Origin: an uncultured Phycisphaeraceae bacterium
Lineage (GTDB): Bacteria; Planctomycetota; Phycisphaerae; Phycisphaerales; Phycisphaeraceae
Length of the DNA stretch: 64,000 nucleotides
Direction: 5' to 3'
Assembly (NCBI GenBank): GCA_964649195.1
Contig: CAZYPK010000004.1
Location: forward strand, 8,000 to 71,999
Within the stretch, counting starts at the first letter, position 1, and the number at the start of each line of letters is the position of its first letter. Both the position numbers and the translations under genes were made by a program. The notes beneath the pieces are model-generated. The model was not told where the DNA came from, did no database searches, and saw only the letters and a program-made list of their open reading frames with translations. Positions 18,369 through 28,372 of this stretch are shown here, piece by piece.

Positions 18369-19349
18369 TTATGTGCGGGCCACGGCCGCCTTCATTTTCG
18401 CCAGACCGGTTTTGGCGACTTCCAGCGGGTCCTGCTTCCAGTATTCGCGGTTGAAAAGCTCCAGGCTCAGCACGGCGGCGGAGCCGTTGCGGAGCATGCC
18501 GCGCAGGGTTTCGGTGATGGGGGCGATGCCGTCGCCGGGGTAGATGCGGTCGGCATCGGTGATCTTCTCGCGCGGCGGATCGGCGGGGTAGTCGTTCATG
18601 TGGAACACCTGCACGCAGCTTGACGAAAGCTGATTCATGCTCACGAATGATGAGCCGCCCTTGTGCAGATGATAAAAGTCAGGCAGGAGACAGGCGCGCG
18701 GATGGCCCGCTTCGAGGGCGACGAACATCGAGTCCGCGAGTTTGTTCAGGCACTTGGAAAATCCCCAGACTTCGACCATCGGTGAGATGCCCGCGGCATC
18801 GCCGACTTCGCAGAGTTCGCGGTAGCGCTGAGCGGCCTTGCGAAGATCGAGGTCGGCCTGATTGGTGGCACCGGCAGGCGGCGCGGCGATGCGTGTGCCG
18901 CCGAGCTGCGCGACCATGTCCATGTCGCGCCGGGCGGTTTCGAGGCCGCGCGCGCGCTTGGCGTCATCATCCACGATCCACTCCGCGAAGCCGATGGCGG
19001 ATTCGACGGTGAGGTTCAGATCCTTGAGGCGTTTGGCCATATCCTTGAGCGAGCCGCCGCCGGTGACGTATTCGCTGATCGTGCCGATCCACGGTTCGAC
19101 CGAGTCGTAACCGGCGGCGGCGGCGGTTTCGATTTCCTTGACGAGACCCAGCTTCTGCCCGCGAATCGTGGCCATGTTCAGGCAGTATTTGAAGGCGGGT
19201 GTCGGGTGGTTCCGGGAGTGGGTGGCTCCGGGGGCGGGTGTCGGCGTGGATTCAGCGGCGCGGAGATTGTTGGTGGTTGCCGCGAAGCCGCAGGCGGCCA
19301 GAGCGGAAGTCGAAAGAAAACGGCGGCGGTTCTGGTTCATGTTTCGCAT
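18369..19349 (-). CDS. Sugar phosphate isomerase/epimerase (xylose-isomerase-like TIM barrel) with Tat signal
   Basis: N-terminus MRNMNQNRRRFLSTSALAA is a twin-arginine signal, followed by an AP-endonuclease-2/TIM barrel-like sequence. The rest of the listed 604-aa ORF is antisense to glnA. Confidence 0.85.
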   Translation of the reverse strand: MRNMNQNRRRFLSTSALAACGFAATTNNLRAAESTPTPAPGATHSRNHPTPAFKYCLNMATIRGQKLGLVKEIETAAAAGYDSVEPWIGTISEYVTGGGSLKDMAKRLKDLNLTVESAIGFAEWIVDDDAKRARGLETARRDMDMVAQLGGTRIAAPPAGATNQADLDLRKAAQRYRELCEVGDAAGISPMVEVWGFSKCLNKLADSMFVALEAGHPRACLLPDFYHLHKGGSSFVSMNQLSSSCVQVFHMNDYPADPPREKITDADRIYPGDGIAPITETLRGMLRNGSAAVLSLELFNREYWKQDPLEVAKTGLAKMKAAVART

Positions 19350-19382
19350 GATAGCGGAGAGATGGGAAAAAGAGAGCGGAAA

Positions 19383-19412
19383 CCCACGCACGGGAGTGCG
19401 TGGGCTTTTGCC
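19383..19412 (+). promoter_or_regulatory. Terminator-like hairpin in the glnA leader
   Basis: Stem CCCACGCAC/GTGCGTGGG, loop GGGA, then CTTTTGCC. Ends 25 nt before the glnA ATG. The upstream gene is divergent. Confidence 0.45.
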
Positions 19413-19436
19413 GTTCTCTTCTGATACTTTATTTCC

Positions 19437-20849
19437 ATGACGCCCAAGCAAGTCCTGCAACTGGTCAAGCGGAACAAGATCGAATTCGTCGATTGCCGGT
19501 TCATGGATTTCCCAGGCCTGTGGCAGCACACGACCTACCCGGCCGGTGAACTCAAGGAGGAGAGCTTCACCGTGGGCTTCGGCTTCGACGGTTCCTCCGT
19601 GCGCGGCTGGCAACGTGTCAACGAAACCGACATGCTGCTGGTGCCCGTGGCCCACACCGCCAAGGTCGATCCCTTCTTCGAGCATCCGACGCTTTCGATC
19701 ATCTGCGACATCAAAGACCCGATCACCAAGAAAGCCTACTCGCGCGATCCGCGCTCCATCGCCCGCAAGGCGGCGGCTTATCTGACCCGGTGCGGCATTG
19801 CCGACACCGCCTACTTCAGCCCGGAGATGGAGTTCTTTGTCTTCGACAGCGTCTCCTACGATCAGCAGATCAACACCGCCGGCTATCACGTGGACAGCAT
19901 CGAAGGCGTGTGGAATCGAGGCAGACAGGACCCGACCAATCTGGGAAATCAGGTGAGGCTTAAGGAAGGTTTCTTCCCGATGCCGCCGATGGATACGGGG
20001 CAGAACCTGCGCAGCGAGATGGTTGATGTGATGCTCAAGATGGGCATCGCCGTCGAGAGCCATCATCATGAAGTGGCGACAGGCGGGCAGGGTGAAATCG
20101 ATCTTCGCCATCAGGATCTGGTCTCGATGGCGGACACCTGCATGTATTACAAGTACATCGTGAAGAACGTCGCGGCGCGTCACGGCAAGGTCGCCACGTT
20201 CATGCCCAAGCCGCTTTTCATGGACAACGGCTCAGGCATGCACACGCACTTTTCCCTGTGGAAAGAAGGCAAACCGCTCATGGCGGGCAGGCATTACGCG
20301 GGGTTGAGCCAGCTCGGCCTGCATGTGATCGGCGGACTGCTCAAACATGCCCGCAGCCTGATCGCGCTCACCAACCCGACCACCAACAGCTTCAAGCGGC
20401 TCGTGCCCGGCTACGAAGCGCCGACCTCCTTGGTCTATAGCTCGCGCAATCGCAGCGCGGCGATCCGCGTGCCGGTCTATCAGGATAATCCCAGGACCAA
20501 GCGCATCGAGTTCCGCTGCCCTGATTCATCATGCAATCCTTACCTCGCCTTCGCGGCGATGACCATGGCGGCCATCGACGGCGTCAGGAACCAGATCGAC
20601 CCCGGCCCGCCGGTCGATCGGGAGTTCGACGAACTGGATCCGGCGGAACAGAAAGCGCTGGCCACGACGCCCGGCTCACTCAACGATGCGCTCGACGCCC
20701 TGGAATCCGATCACGCCTACCTGCTCGAAGGCGGCGTGTTCAACGAGGATGTGATCCGCTACTGGATTCAATACAAGCGCGAGAATGAAGTGATGGCCAT
20801 GCGGGCAAGGCCGCATCCTTATGAGTTCTGCATGTATTTCGACGTGTGA
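19437..20849 (+). CDS. glnA: Glutamine synthetase type I
   Basis: 470 aa with FDGSS, MPKPLFMDNGSGMH and NPTTNSFKRLVPGYEAP blocks. Confidence 0.95.
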   Translation: MTPKQVLQLVKRNKIEFVDCRFMDFPGLWQHTTYPAGELKEESFTVGFGFDGSSVRGWQRVNETDMLLVPVAHTAKVDPFFEHPTLSIICDIKDPITKKAYSRDPRSIARKAAAYLTRCGIADTAYFSPEMEFFVFDSVSYDQQINTAGYHVDSIEGVWNRGRQDPTNLGNQVRLKEGFFPMPPMDTGQNLRSEMVDVMLKMGIAVESHHHEVATGGQGEIDLRHQDLVSMADTCMYYKYIVKNVAARHGKVATFMPKPLFMDNGSGMHTHFSLWKEGKPLMAGRHYAGLSQLGLHVIGGLLKHARSLIALTNPTTNSFKRLVPGYEAPTSLVYSSRNRSAAIRVPVYQDNPRTKRIEFRCPDSSCNPYLAFAAMTMAAIDGVRNQIDPGPPVDREFDELDPAEQKALATTPGSLNDALDALESDHAYLLEGGVFNEDVIRYWIQYKRENEVMAMRARPHPYEFCMYFDV

Positions 20850-20865
20850 AGGAAAAAAGACAAAG

Positions 20866-20895
20866 CCGATGGACTCCTGTCCATCGGTTCCCTGA
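20866..20895 (+). terminator. Terminator-like hairpin after glnA
   Basis: Stem CCGATGGAC/GTCCATCGG, loop TCCT. The tail TTCCCTGATT has a weak U-tract. Confidence 0.5.
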
Positions 20896-21285
20896 TTGAA
20901 AACGATGGAAGAACACGATGTTCAAAACCCGTCCCAGCCGCTGATCATGCGGTCCTACCGTCGTCATCGCAAGCAGGCGAAATGGGGAACGTGGTCGCTG
21001 TTCGTTCCGCCGGTGACTTTTCTTTGGGTGATCTTCTGGTACCTGATGATGAAGCAGCCGCCCCTGCCCGGCGGTCCTGCAACGGATGCCGCCTCATCGT
21101 GGCTGGTGCTGCTGATCGGCGCCATCGCGATCGAGGCGGTCGGCATCGCCCTGGCGATCACGGGGCTGCGCGACACCCACCACAAACACGCTCACGCCGC
21201 GGCAGGACTGGCCCTCAATGCGTTCATCCTTCTGGCGGCGATCATCGCGCTGGCCTTGCGAATCTTCTCGCAGTCGGTGGGCTGA
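20896..21285 (+). CDS. Small integral membrane protein, hypothetical
   Basis: TTG start (ATG alternative at 20905). Three hydrophobic helices. Followed by a terminator hairpin. Confidence 0.55.
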   Translation: MKTMEEHDVQNPSQPLIMRSYRRHRKQAKWGTWSLFVPPVTFLWVIFWYLMMKQPPLPGGPATDAASSWLVLLIGAIAIEAVGIALAITGLRDTHHKHAHAAAGLALNAFILLAAIIALALRIFSQSVG

Positions 21286-21327
21286 TCCGCGAGTGCATGG
21301 GCGGCAATGCGTCAAGCATAAAAAGAA

Positions 21328-21366
21328 GCCCGGCCACCGTCGGGCTGGTGGCCGGGTCTTCTCTGT
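21328..21366 (+). terminator. Terminator-like hairpin after the small membrane protein gene
   Basis: Stem GCCCGGCCACC/GGTGGCCGGGT with an 8-nt loop. Flanked by AAAAAGAA and CTTCTCTGTC. Confidence 0.5.
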
Positions 21367-21775
21367 CGGGCATGAATGGATCGATGCCGTCGAGCTTTCT
21401 CCCCTTCGCCTTCTGCTCCGCTGACAGGGCGGAGGAATAATGTCGAAGGTTCACGATGTTGCGGCGCCTGCCCCCACCCGCATCCTGCCGGGACTCGCCC
21501 CTCCGCGAATCCCGGCAGTAAGCGGGCCTTACGCCCCCATGATGATCAGCACACGCCATGCCAGTTGGCGGCTCACCACCGTTACCACCTGATATTCAGG
21601 GGTTTGGCACACGGAAAAACATCAACCGCCTCATGGCAATCCCCTATTTCGGGGAAAAAGCCCCGAATCGGCTCCCCACCATTGGGAACTGTTCCCCAGC
21701 GGAGTGGATGGGCCTCTGATGAATCGGCGTCGGACGAACATGCGGCCCCGCCGTCAAATCACTAAACTCTGAGCC

Positions 21776-22138
21776 ATGAGCGACATCGAACTGGTCATCT
21801 CCAACTCCAAGAAACTCGAAGCCTTGCTGGAGAAACACTTCGGCGCCAACGGACGCGGGCTGCATGAGAAGATCGGCAGCGTCGAGGGCAGACTGTCCGG
21901 CAGCGTCGTCAAGCGGCTGCGCTTCATCGCCACCATCCGCAACAGGATCGTGCACGATGCCGGGTACGATCGCATCGACGACCGCAAGGGGTTTGTCGAT
22001 GCCTGCGCCGCCGCTCATGCGGAGCTTCGCAAGCTGGCCGGCATTCGCACCGGCGGCGGCGCGTGGCGGTGGCTGGTGGGCGGCGCGCTGGTTGTCGCGG
22101 CGGCGGTCTTCATCTATTTCACATTCTTCCGCCCGTAA
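21776..22138 (+). CDS. DUF4145/HEPN-like small protein with C-terminal transmembrane anchor
   Basis: LHEKIGSVEGRL...LRFIATIRNRIVHD carries an R-x4-H motif in helical context. C-terminal WRWLVGGALVVAAAVFIYFTFF is a TM helix. Confidence 0.6.
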   Translation: MSDIELVISNSKKLEALLEKHFGANGRGLHEKIGSVEGRLSGSVVKRLRFIATIRNRIVHDAGYDRIDDRKGFVDACAAAHAELRKLAGIRTGGGAWRWLVGGALVVAAAVFIYFTFFRP

Positions 22139-22243
22139 AAGAAGATGCCGGTCAACCGAGCGGTCCTGATACAATCCACTCCGCCTCATTTTTACGGCAG
22201 GCGCACGCAACGCATCAATGCACTCTCCACGAAAGGATCACGT

Positions 22244-23701
22244 ATGGCCATGGGCATGTTCATGCTGTTCCCCATTCTTCTGCTCGGCGGCGGCATGGGC
22301 GGCGCCAACGAACTGATCGATTACCTTCAGACCGAGCATTACTGGAAGACGCGCAACATCACCCCCGATGTGGCCACCCTTTCCGCCATGCTCGTCACCG
22401 ATCCCAAGGCCGAGGATATCTCCGCGCTGATCAGGCAACTGGGGCACGATGACTTCGACAAACGCGAGGCGGCCAGCGAAGCGATCGGCAGAAAAGGCCC
22501 GGGCGTCATCCCGCAACTGAAGGAAGCCGCCAAGTCCACGGACGCCGAGATCGCCGACCGGGCTTCGCGGCTGATCACTCATCTCTCCGGCGGCGACAGC
22601 GACCCCGCCATTCACAGGCTCATGATCATCCGCTCGCTGGGTGAAACCAAGGACAAGGCCGCCCTTGCGGCGCTCAAGACGCAGCTTGATTCGAAGGAGC
22701 CTTTCGCCGGCGAGTTTGCCCGCCGTGCGATCGCCAAAATCGAAGGCCTGCCTCATCAGCCGGCCACCACTTCGATCGAAAGCTACGAGAAGGATGTGTG
22801 GCTGCTGCCCAACGGCGTCAAGCTGGTGACGCAGATGACGATGACCTCCGGCGGTCCCGCCGACTGGGCCAGGATTCTGGCCAACGCCAAAAATCCCCTG
22901 GGAGAAGAGGTGCCCAAGGAGGACATGTTCAAGGAAGTACAATCCGGTGTGGCCATGGCGCTCAACACCGTGGGCAACATCCGCATCGACGGCTTCACGC
23001 TGGGCCTGTCGGACAGCCCCGGCCCCGACTCGGGCTTTGTCGTCATGCTGGTGCGCGGCCAATACAGCCGGGAGAAGCTCAAGAACCTGTTCAAGTCGAA
23101 GGGCATCGAGGTGACCCGGGAGGATGGCATCGATGCGGTGACGCCGCCGAATGCCAACATGAAATTGCTGTTCGTCTCCGATGAGCTGCTGCTGGTCATC
23201 GGCGGTCCGCGCGATGCGCAGGCCTGGCCGGTGAAGGAGATGACGGCGGCGATCAAGGCGGGCAAGGGCACCCTCGGCGAAGACGCGGCGATGGTGAAGC
23301 TGATCAACGCCGCCGACCGCAAATCAGGCGGCTGGGCCGCGATTCAGATGACGGAGACGTATCGCTCAGGCGGGCCGTGGATGAAATCGTTTGACACCGT
23401 CCTGGCCAGTCGCAAAAGCGAAAAGGGCAAAACATCCATCAAGGTCGTCGGCACGGGAAGCGATGCCGATGCGGTTCAACACTCGGTCAAGGAAATGAAC
23501 ACCGGCCTGGAGCAGATGCGGGGCAAGATGAATGAAATCGCCGGCATGATGCCCAAGCCTTTCATCGACTTCGCCAACAGCCTGAAGGTGGAAGCCGATG
23601 GCAAATCGGCCACGCTCACCGGCAGCATCGAAGGCGGCTTCGAGGACATCATCGGCTCCATGCTCTTCCCCATGATGATGCTGGGTGGCCCGGGCTTTTG
23701 A
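22244..23701 (+). CDS. Hypothetical secreted/membrane protein with HEAT-like N-terminal repeats
   Basis: GAAAGGA RBS before the ATG at 22244, then a hydrophobic N-terminus. DDFDKREAASEAIGRKGPGVIPQLKEAAKS is a repeat-type segment. No enzymatic motif found. Confidence 0.65.
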   Translation: MAMGMFMLFPILLLGGGMGGANELIDYLQTEHYWKTRNITPDVATLSAMLVTDPKAEDISALIRQLGHDDFDKREAASEAIGRKGPGVIPQLKEAAKSTDAEIADRASRLITHLSGGDSDPAIHRLMIIRSLGETKDKAALAALKTQLDSKEPFAGEFARRAIAKIEGLPHQPATTSIESYEKDVWLLPNGVKLVTQMTMTSGGPADWARILANAKNPLGEEVPKEDMFKEVQSGVAMALNTVGNIRIDGFTLGLSDSPGPDSGFVVMLVRGQYSREKLKNLFKSKGIEVTREDGIDAVTPPNANMKLLFVSDELLLVIGGPRDAQAWPVKEMTAAIKAGKGTLGEDAAMVKLINAADRKSGGWAAIQMTETYRSGGPWMKSFDTVLASRKSEKGKTSIKVVGTGSDADAVQHSVKEMNTGLEQMRGKMNEIAGMMPKPFIDFANSLKVEADGKSATLTGSIEGGFEDIIGSMLFPMMMLGGPGF

Positions 23702-23765
23702 GAACCTGAGTTCGGGATACGAATGAGCCGCGACGTAACACGTCGCGGAGATGAACGGCAAGATG
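23702..23765 (+). repeat. Repeat family R2, solo end D
   Basis: GAACCTGAGTTCGGGATACGAATGAGCCGCGACGTAACACGTCGCGGAGATGAAC resembles the left end of copy A, including the outer GAACCTGAGTTCG. No second hairpin nearby. Confidence 0.7.
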
Positions 23766-23879
23766 GCGTTGTCCATCATGCGAAGGATCATCGGACGCGA
23801 AAACGACCGGGACATGGTTTGAGGCTTGGCTTTTTCTGTCTCCTGTCTCCTGTCTCCTGTCCCCTGTCCCCTCTGACCT

Positions 23880-24674
23880 TCACCGACCCTTCCCATCGCC
23901 GCCCACCTTTTCGTACATCTTCGCCAGCCGGTGTGCGTGTTCATCGTAGGCCGCTTCGAAGAGGGCGGCGGCGCGTGCCGGTTCCATGATGCACGCGGCG
24001 GTGAGCACCTTGGGCGGCCGGCCCGCCTCGGTGAGCAGGGCGGCCACATGCGCCTTGATCGCGTTGATCAGCACGCAGCCGCCGACCGTCGATCCGGGCG
24101 CCACGGGTGATTCCAGACCCTCGATGCGCACCATCGAGTCGCCGGGCGGTGCGCCGGTGTCGAGCGCCAGGTCGGCAACGTCCGAAAGTTTGACGCCTTG
24201 CGGATGGCGGCTGGCGCTGACCTGGCTGTGACGCCGGCTGACGATGGCGACGACCTTCATGCCTGCCGCCTTGCAATGCTCGGCGAACTCGACGGGGACC
24301 ACGTTGCAGCCGCCCGATGAAATGATGAGCGCCGCATCGCGCGGACTGATGTCGAAATTGCGCAGGATGCGGGCCGCCAGGCCGGTGACGTTTTCAAGGA
24401 ACATCGCCTGCCGCTGGCCGTTGGCGCCGACGACGTTGTTGTGAAAGGTCAGCGAGAGCTCGACGATCGGATTGAATCCGGGAAACGAGCCGTAGCGCGG
24501 CCACATCTCCTCGACCATGATCCGGCTGTGCCCGCTGCCGAACACATGCACCATGCGGCCGGCCAGGATCGCGTCGGCGAACCACTGCGCCGCTTGGGTG
24601 ATCTGCGTTTGCTGCTTCGCAATGGCATCGAGAAGATCGCGGCAATGCTCAAGATACTGTTGGGCTGGGGTCAT
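23880..24674 (-). CDS. SIS (sugar isomerase) domain protein, UPF0309-like
   Basis: VHVFGSGHS and ISSGGCNVVPVE motifs. Start set at 24674 (MTPAQQ), because the upstream part of the ORF is encoded by repeat R1. Confidence 0.8.
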   Translation of the reverse strand: MTPAQQYLEHCRDLLDAIAKQQTQITQAAQWFADAILAGRMVHVFGSGHSRIMVEEMWPRYGSFPGFNPIVELSLTFHNNVVGANGQRQAMFLENVTGLAARILRNFDISPRDAALIISSGGCNVVPVEFAEHCKAAGMKVVAIVSRRHSQVSASRHPQGVKLSDVADLALDTGAPPGDSMVRIEGLESPVAPGSTVGGCVLINAIKAHVAALLTEAGRPPKVLTAACIMEPARAAALFEAAYDEHAHRLAKMYEKVGGDGKGR

Positions 24675-24765
24675 GGCGCTGAAGATACCTTTTGTTTCCG
24701 CGTTCCGCAGCCGATGGTGCGTTTGCACGACTGTCACGCTATGCTTTCGCGCTTTGCAAACCGTA

Positions 24766-24866
24766 GGGATTTCCGAATAACCCCCGATGTACCGTGAACC
24801 AGGGGATCGCGATTTGCGAAGCCGCAAGCGGCTTGGGCGTGAGATTATTCAGGAATCTCAGCACCC
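24766..24866 (-). repeat. Repeat family R1, copy 3 (reverse orientation)
   Basis: The reverse complement matches copy 2 along its length. Lies between the divergent SIS gene and hisA. Confidence 0.85.
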
Positions 24867-24905
24867 AAAATCCGACATCCGACATCCCAAATCCGAAATT
24901 CATCC

Positions 24906-25631
24906 ATGCACCTATTCCCCGCCATCGATCTCCGCAACAATCAGGTCGTTCGCCTTCAGCAGGGCGATTACGACAGGCAGACCACCTATGGTTTGGATCC
25001 TGTCGAACAGGCCCGCCTTTTTGCGGAGGCGGGGGCGACGTGGCTGCATGTGGTCGATCTGGATGGCGCACGCACCGGGCACATGGTGCATCTGGAGATC
25101 ATCCGCCGCATCTGCAAGGAGACGAAGCTGAAGGTCGAAGTCGGCGGCGGGGTGCGCAGCGAAGCCTCCATCGATGCGCTGCTCAACGCCGGCGTCACCC
25201 GCGTCGTGCTGGGCACGGCTGCTCTTGAGCGATGGTCCTGGTTCGAGGGACTCATGGGCAACCCGACCTACCGCGGCCGGCTGGTGCTGGGCCTCGATGC
25301 CCGCGAAGGGATGCTGGCCGTCAGCGGCTGGGAGAAGACGACCAACGTCAGCGCCATCGACATTGCAAAAAAAGTCGGCGACTGGCCCGTCGCCGCGATC
25401 GTCTATACCGACATCGCCACCGATGGCACGATGAAAGGCCCCAACGTGGAGGCCACGCGGGAAATGGCCCAGGCCACGCATGTCCCCATCGTCGCCAGCG
25501 GCGGCGTGGGCACGCTGGCCCATCTGCGGGCCTTGCGCGAACTGCCCATCCAGGGCGCGATCATCGGCAGATCGCTGTACGAAGGGGCGTTCACCATCGA
25601 GGAAGCCTTGGAAGCGTTCGAGGGGGAGTGA
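24906..25631 (+). CDS. hisA: ProFAR isomerase (histidine biosynthesis)
   Basis: MHLFPAIDL, VVDLDGA, VEVGGGVRS, IVASGGVG and IIGRSLYEG blocks. Confidence 0.93.
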   Translation: MHLFPAIDLRNNQVVRLQQGDYDRQTTYGLDPVEQARLFAEAGATWLHVVDLDGARTGHMVHLEIIRRICKETKLKVEVGGGVRSEASIDALLNAGVTRVVLGTAALERWSWFEGLMGNPTYRGRLVLGLDAREGMLAVSGWEKTTNVSAIDIAKKVGDWPVAAIVYTDIATDGTMKGPNVEATREMAQATHVPIVASGGVGTLAHLRALRELPIQGAIIGRSLYEGAFTIEEALEAFEGE

Positions 25632-25811
25632 AAGCTGTCAGCCATCAGCCATCAGCTTTCAGCTTCAAGGCATTCGTCGTTCACGCAGCCGCTTGCGGCG
25701 TAGCAATCCGCCGCCGCGAGCTTCTTCACCACGATTGATTTCATGCGGCCCATTCACCCTATGATGCCCTCTCCAAGCTGATAGCTGATAGCTGACCGCT
25801 GATAGCTTTTC
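25630..25811. repeat. Heptamer-periodic inverted repeat filling the hisA-dinG spacer
   Basis: GAAAGCTGTCAGCCATCAGCCATCAGCTTTCAGCTTCAAGG and CTCCAAGCTGATAGCTGATAGCTGACCGCTGATAGCTTTTC. The centre contains an R1-like core (AGCCGCTTGCGGCGTAGCAATCC). Confidence 0.8.
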
Positions 25812-25813
25812 CC

Positions 25814-27961
25814 ATGCCTTTTGATCCGCATGACATCCTCGCGCCCGGCGGTCCCATCGCACGCAGGCTGGGCGGGCAGTACGAGCTGCGGCCGCAGCAG
25901 AGCGCGATGGTCGATGCGGTTTCGCGCACGCTCAGTGCCGGCGGCAAGCTGCTCGTCGAAGCGGGCACCGGCGTCGGCAAGTCGTTCGCCTACCTGCTGC
26001 CCGCGCTGGCGGCGGTCATCGGCGAAAGGGCCACGCATGAAAACCTGCCCACGCAGCGGCGAAAACGCATCGTCATCTCCACCCACACCATCGCGCTCCA
26101 GGAGCAACTGATCAGCAAGGACATTCCGCTGCTGCGGGCGGTCGTGCCTGATGAGTTCTCCGCGGTGCTGGTGAAGGGGCGCGGCAACTATGTCTCCCGT
26201 CGCCGGTTCAGACAGGCGTCGGAGAAGGCGTTCCAGCTTTTCGGCGAGCCGGAACAGATACGCTCGCTGGAGGTGGTGGCGAACTGGATCGGGAAGACCG
26301 AGGACGGCACGCTGGCCTCGATGCCGCCGCTTGAGAGGGCGGGCATCTGGGAGAAGATGCAGAGCGATTCGGGCAACTGCATGGGCAAGCGATGCCCGAC
26401 CTACAGGAGCTGCTTCTATCAGAACGCCCGAAGGCGGATGGAGAATGCCGATGTGCTGATCACCAATCACGCCCTCTTTTTTTCCGACCTGGCGCTGCGG
26501 GCGGCAGGCGTCGGTTTTCTTCCCGCGTATGACTACGTGATTCTTGATGAAGCCCACACCGTCGAGGATGTCGCCAGCGATCACTTCGGGCTGCGCAGCA
26601 GCGAAGGGCAGATTCGCTTTCTCCTGCACGGTCTTTTTCAGCCTCGCAGCGGCAAGGGGTATCTGCCGACGCTGGAGCATCAGACCGATTCCGACTTTCT
26701 TTCGCGGGCCTGCGAAGCGGTGATGCAGGCGGAGAAGGCGACCAATCGCATGTTCGACGACCTGATCGACCATCAGGAGACGCGCGGCAGAAGCAACGGC
26801 CGCATCGGCGAACCGAATGTCGTCAGCAACCCGATCACCCCGGCGCTGCGCGAACTGGCGCTGTCACTGAAACTGCTCAAGGATCATTGCGACCGCGAAT
26901 CGGATCAGTTCGAGCTGGCCGGCTACATCAATCGCTGCGAGGAGGCGGGCGCGGTGGTGGCGGCCCTGATCGAACAGACGATGATCGACTGCGTTTACTG
27001 GGCGGAAACGCGAACCGGCGGAAGACAGGGAACCCGCAGAAACGTCACGCTCACCTGCTCGCCCATCGATGTCGGCCCGCTGATGAAAGCCCGGCTGTTC
27101 GAGGCCCAAACAAGCCACGATGAACCGATGGCGGTCGTGCTCACCTCCGCCACCCTGGCGACCGATTCGCGCGGCGGGGCGGCCGCTTCAGGCGCGCGGC
27201 GCGGCGGCGGTGAGCAACGATATGTGCGCGATGGTGAAGAAGATGACGTGGAGACGGGGAGCGAAGCCGCAAGCGGCGGCAGGGCGTTTGTCCATATCGC
27301 ACGCAGGCTTGGCTGCGATGATGCGGCGACGATGCAGCTTGGGTCGCCGTTTGATTATGAAAGCCAGGCGGAACTGATCATCGAAGCCGCGATGCCTGAG
27401 CCGATGGCGGGCGGTTATTTTGAGAGGCTGTGCCCGACGATCCTGATGCACATCGATCGCAGCGACGGCGGGGCGTTCGTGCTGTTCACCAGCTTCGATC
27501 TGCTTCGCCGGTGCGCCCAGTGGCTGCGCCAGCCCCTGGCGCAGCGGGGCATGCCGATGCTGGTGCATGGCGAAGGCGAACAGCGCACTCAGTTGCTCGA
27601 ACGCTTCCGCGGCGATTCGCGCAGCGTGCTGCTGGGCGCCGACAGCTTCTGGCAGGGGGTCGATGTGCGAGGCGAGTCGCTTCGCAACGTGATCATCACC
27701 CGTCTGCCTTTCGCGGTGCCTGATCGTCCGCTGATTGAAGCGAGAATGGAACGGATCAAGGCGCGGGGCGGCAACCCGTTCGGCGAATACTCGCTGCCCG
27801 AGGCGATATTGAAATTCAAGCAGGGCTTTGGCCGGCTGATCCGATCGAAGTCCGATCGCGGCACGGTGGTGGTGCTCGACAGCCGCATCACCACGAAAAC
27901 GTATGGCCATCAGTTCATCGCCGCACTGCCGAAGCTGCCGGTGAAGCGGGTGCGGTCTTGA
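25814..27961 (+). CDS. dinG: ATP-dependent DNA helicase, DinG/XPD (Rad3) family
   Basis: Walker [13 protein letters not shown] box ILDEAHT, Fe-S cysteines ([14 protein letters not shown]) and a C-terminal helicase motif VLDSR. Confidence 0.9.
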   Translation: MPFDPHDILAPGGPIARRLGGQYELRPQQSAMVDAVSRTLSAGGKLLVEAGTGVGKSFAYLLPALAAVIGERATHENLPTQRRKRIVISTHTIALQEQLISKDIPLLRAVVPDEFSAVLVKGRGNYVSRRRFRQASEKAFQLFGEPEQIRSLEVVANWIGKTEDGTLASMPPLERAGIWEKMQSDSGNCMGKRCPTYRSCFYQNARRRMENADVLITNHALFFSDLALRAAGVGFLPAYDYVILDEAHTVEDVASDHFGLRSSEGQIRFLLHGLFQPRSGKGYLPTLEHQTDSDFLSRACEAVMQAEKATNRMFDDLIDHQETRGRSNGRIGEPNVVSNPITPALRELALSLKLLKDHCDRESDQFELAGYINRCEEAGAVVAALIEQTMIDCVYWAETRTGGRQGTRRNVTLTCSPIDVGPLMKARLFEAQTSHDEPMAVVLTSATLATDSRGGAAASGARRGGGEQRYVRDGEEDDVETGSEAASGGRAFVHIARRLGCDDAATMQLGSPFDYESQAELIIEAAMPEPMAGGYFERLCPTILMHIDRSDGGAFVLFTSFDLLRRCAQWLRQPLAQRGMPMLVHGEGEQRTQLLERFRGDSRSVLLGADSFWQGVDVRGESLRNVIITRLPFAVPDRPLIEARMERIKARGGNPFGEYSLPEAILKFKQGFGRLIRSKSDRGTVVVLDSRITTKTYGHQFIAALPKLPVKRVRS

Positions 27962-28135
27962 GGGGGGAGGCAAGTTCCGGGTTCCGAGTTCCGAGTTCCG
28001 AGTTCCGAGTTGAAAGGCAAGGGGGAAGAGGGGAAGGCATTGAGGCACGGAGGGAAGAGAAGGGGGCCCGGCGACCTTCAGCCTTCAGCATTCAGCCTTC
28101 AGCATTCAGCATTCAGTCTTCAGTTGCTTCATCTG
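27962..28135 (+). repeat. Block of heptamer tandem repeats (GTTCCGA x4; CCTTCAG/CATTCAG x7)
   Basis: Direct reading. Related to the arms of the 30375-30615 palindrome on the other side of the HEAT gene. Confidence 0.8.
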
Positions 28136-28143
28136 GCTTCGCG

Positions 28144-28185
28144 CACCTGGGCCGGGGCTTCGCGGACTCAGCCCCAGCCACCCGC
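28144..28185 (+). repeat. Repeat family R4, right arm only
   Basis: CACCTGGGCCGGGGCTTCGCGGACTCAGCCCCAGCCACCCGC, directly abutting MITE R3 copy 2. Confidence 0.75.
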
Positions 28186-28186
28186 C

Positions 28187-28372
28187 GTCGGAAGCAAAAA
28201 TTCCAAATCACAAATTCCAAATCTCAAACAAACTCGAAAGCGAGCCGAACCGGGCAAAACCGATCAGAGACCGGATTCCGTTTGATTGCGTTTTTTTGTT
28301 TTTGGATCTTGTTTGGAGTTTGGGCATTTGTCATTTGGAACTTCCGGCAGGTGGCTTGGATACCGGGGGTAC
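28187..28372 (+). mobile_element. MITE family R3, copy 2 (5'-truncated)
   Basis: The core CGGAAGCAAAAATTCCAAATCACAAATTCC...CATTTGGAACTTCCGGCAG is about 90 percent identical to copy 1 by eye. Overlaps the stop of the HEAT gene. Confidence 0.75.

Noticed and set aside
13810-20849. Co-occurrence of GSIII and GSI considered as a sign of horizontal acquisition or an island.
   Set aside because: Both genes have host-like composition by eye. Carrying glnA plus glnN is common in several phyla. Only the repeat content of their flanks is unusual, and that is reported separately.
21286-21775. The 490-bp gene-free stretch examined for an RNA gene (RNase P, SRP, tRNA).
   Set aside because: Only local hairpins were found (GCCGGGA...TCCCGGC, TTCGGGG-AAAAAG-CCCCGAA). 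There is no tRNA T-loop/GTTCGA-type motif and no conserved RNase P or SRP blocks. It is left unannotated apart from the terminator at 21328.
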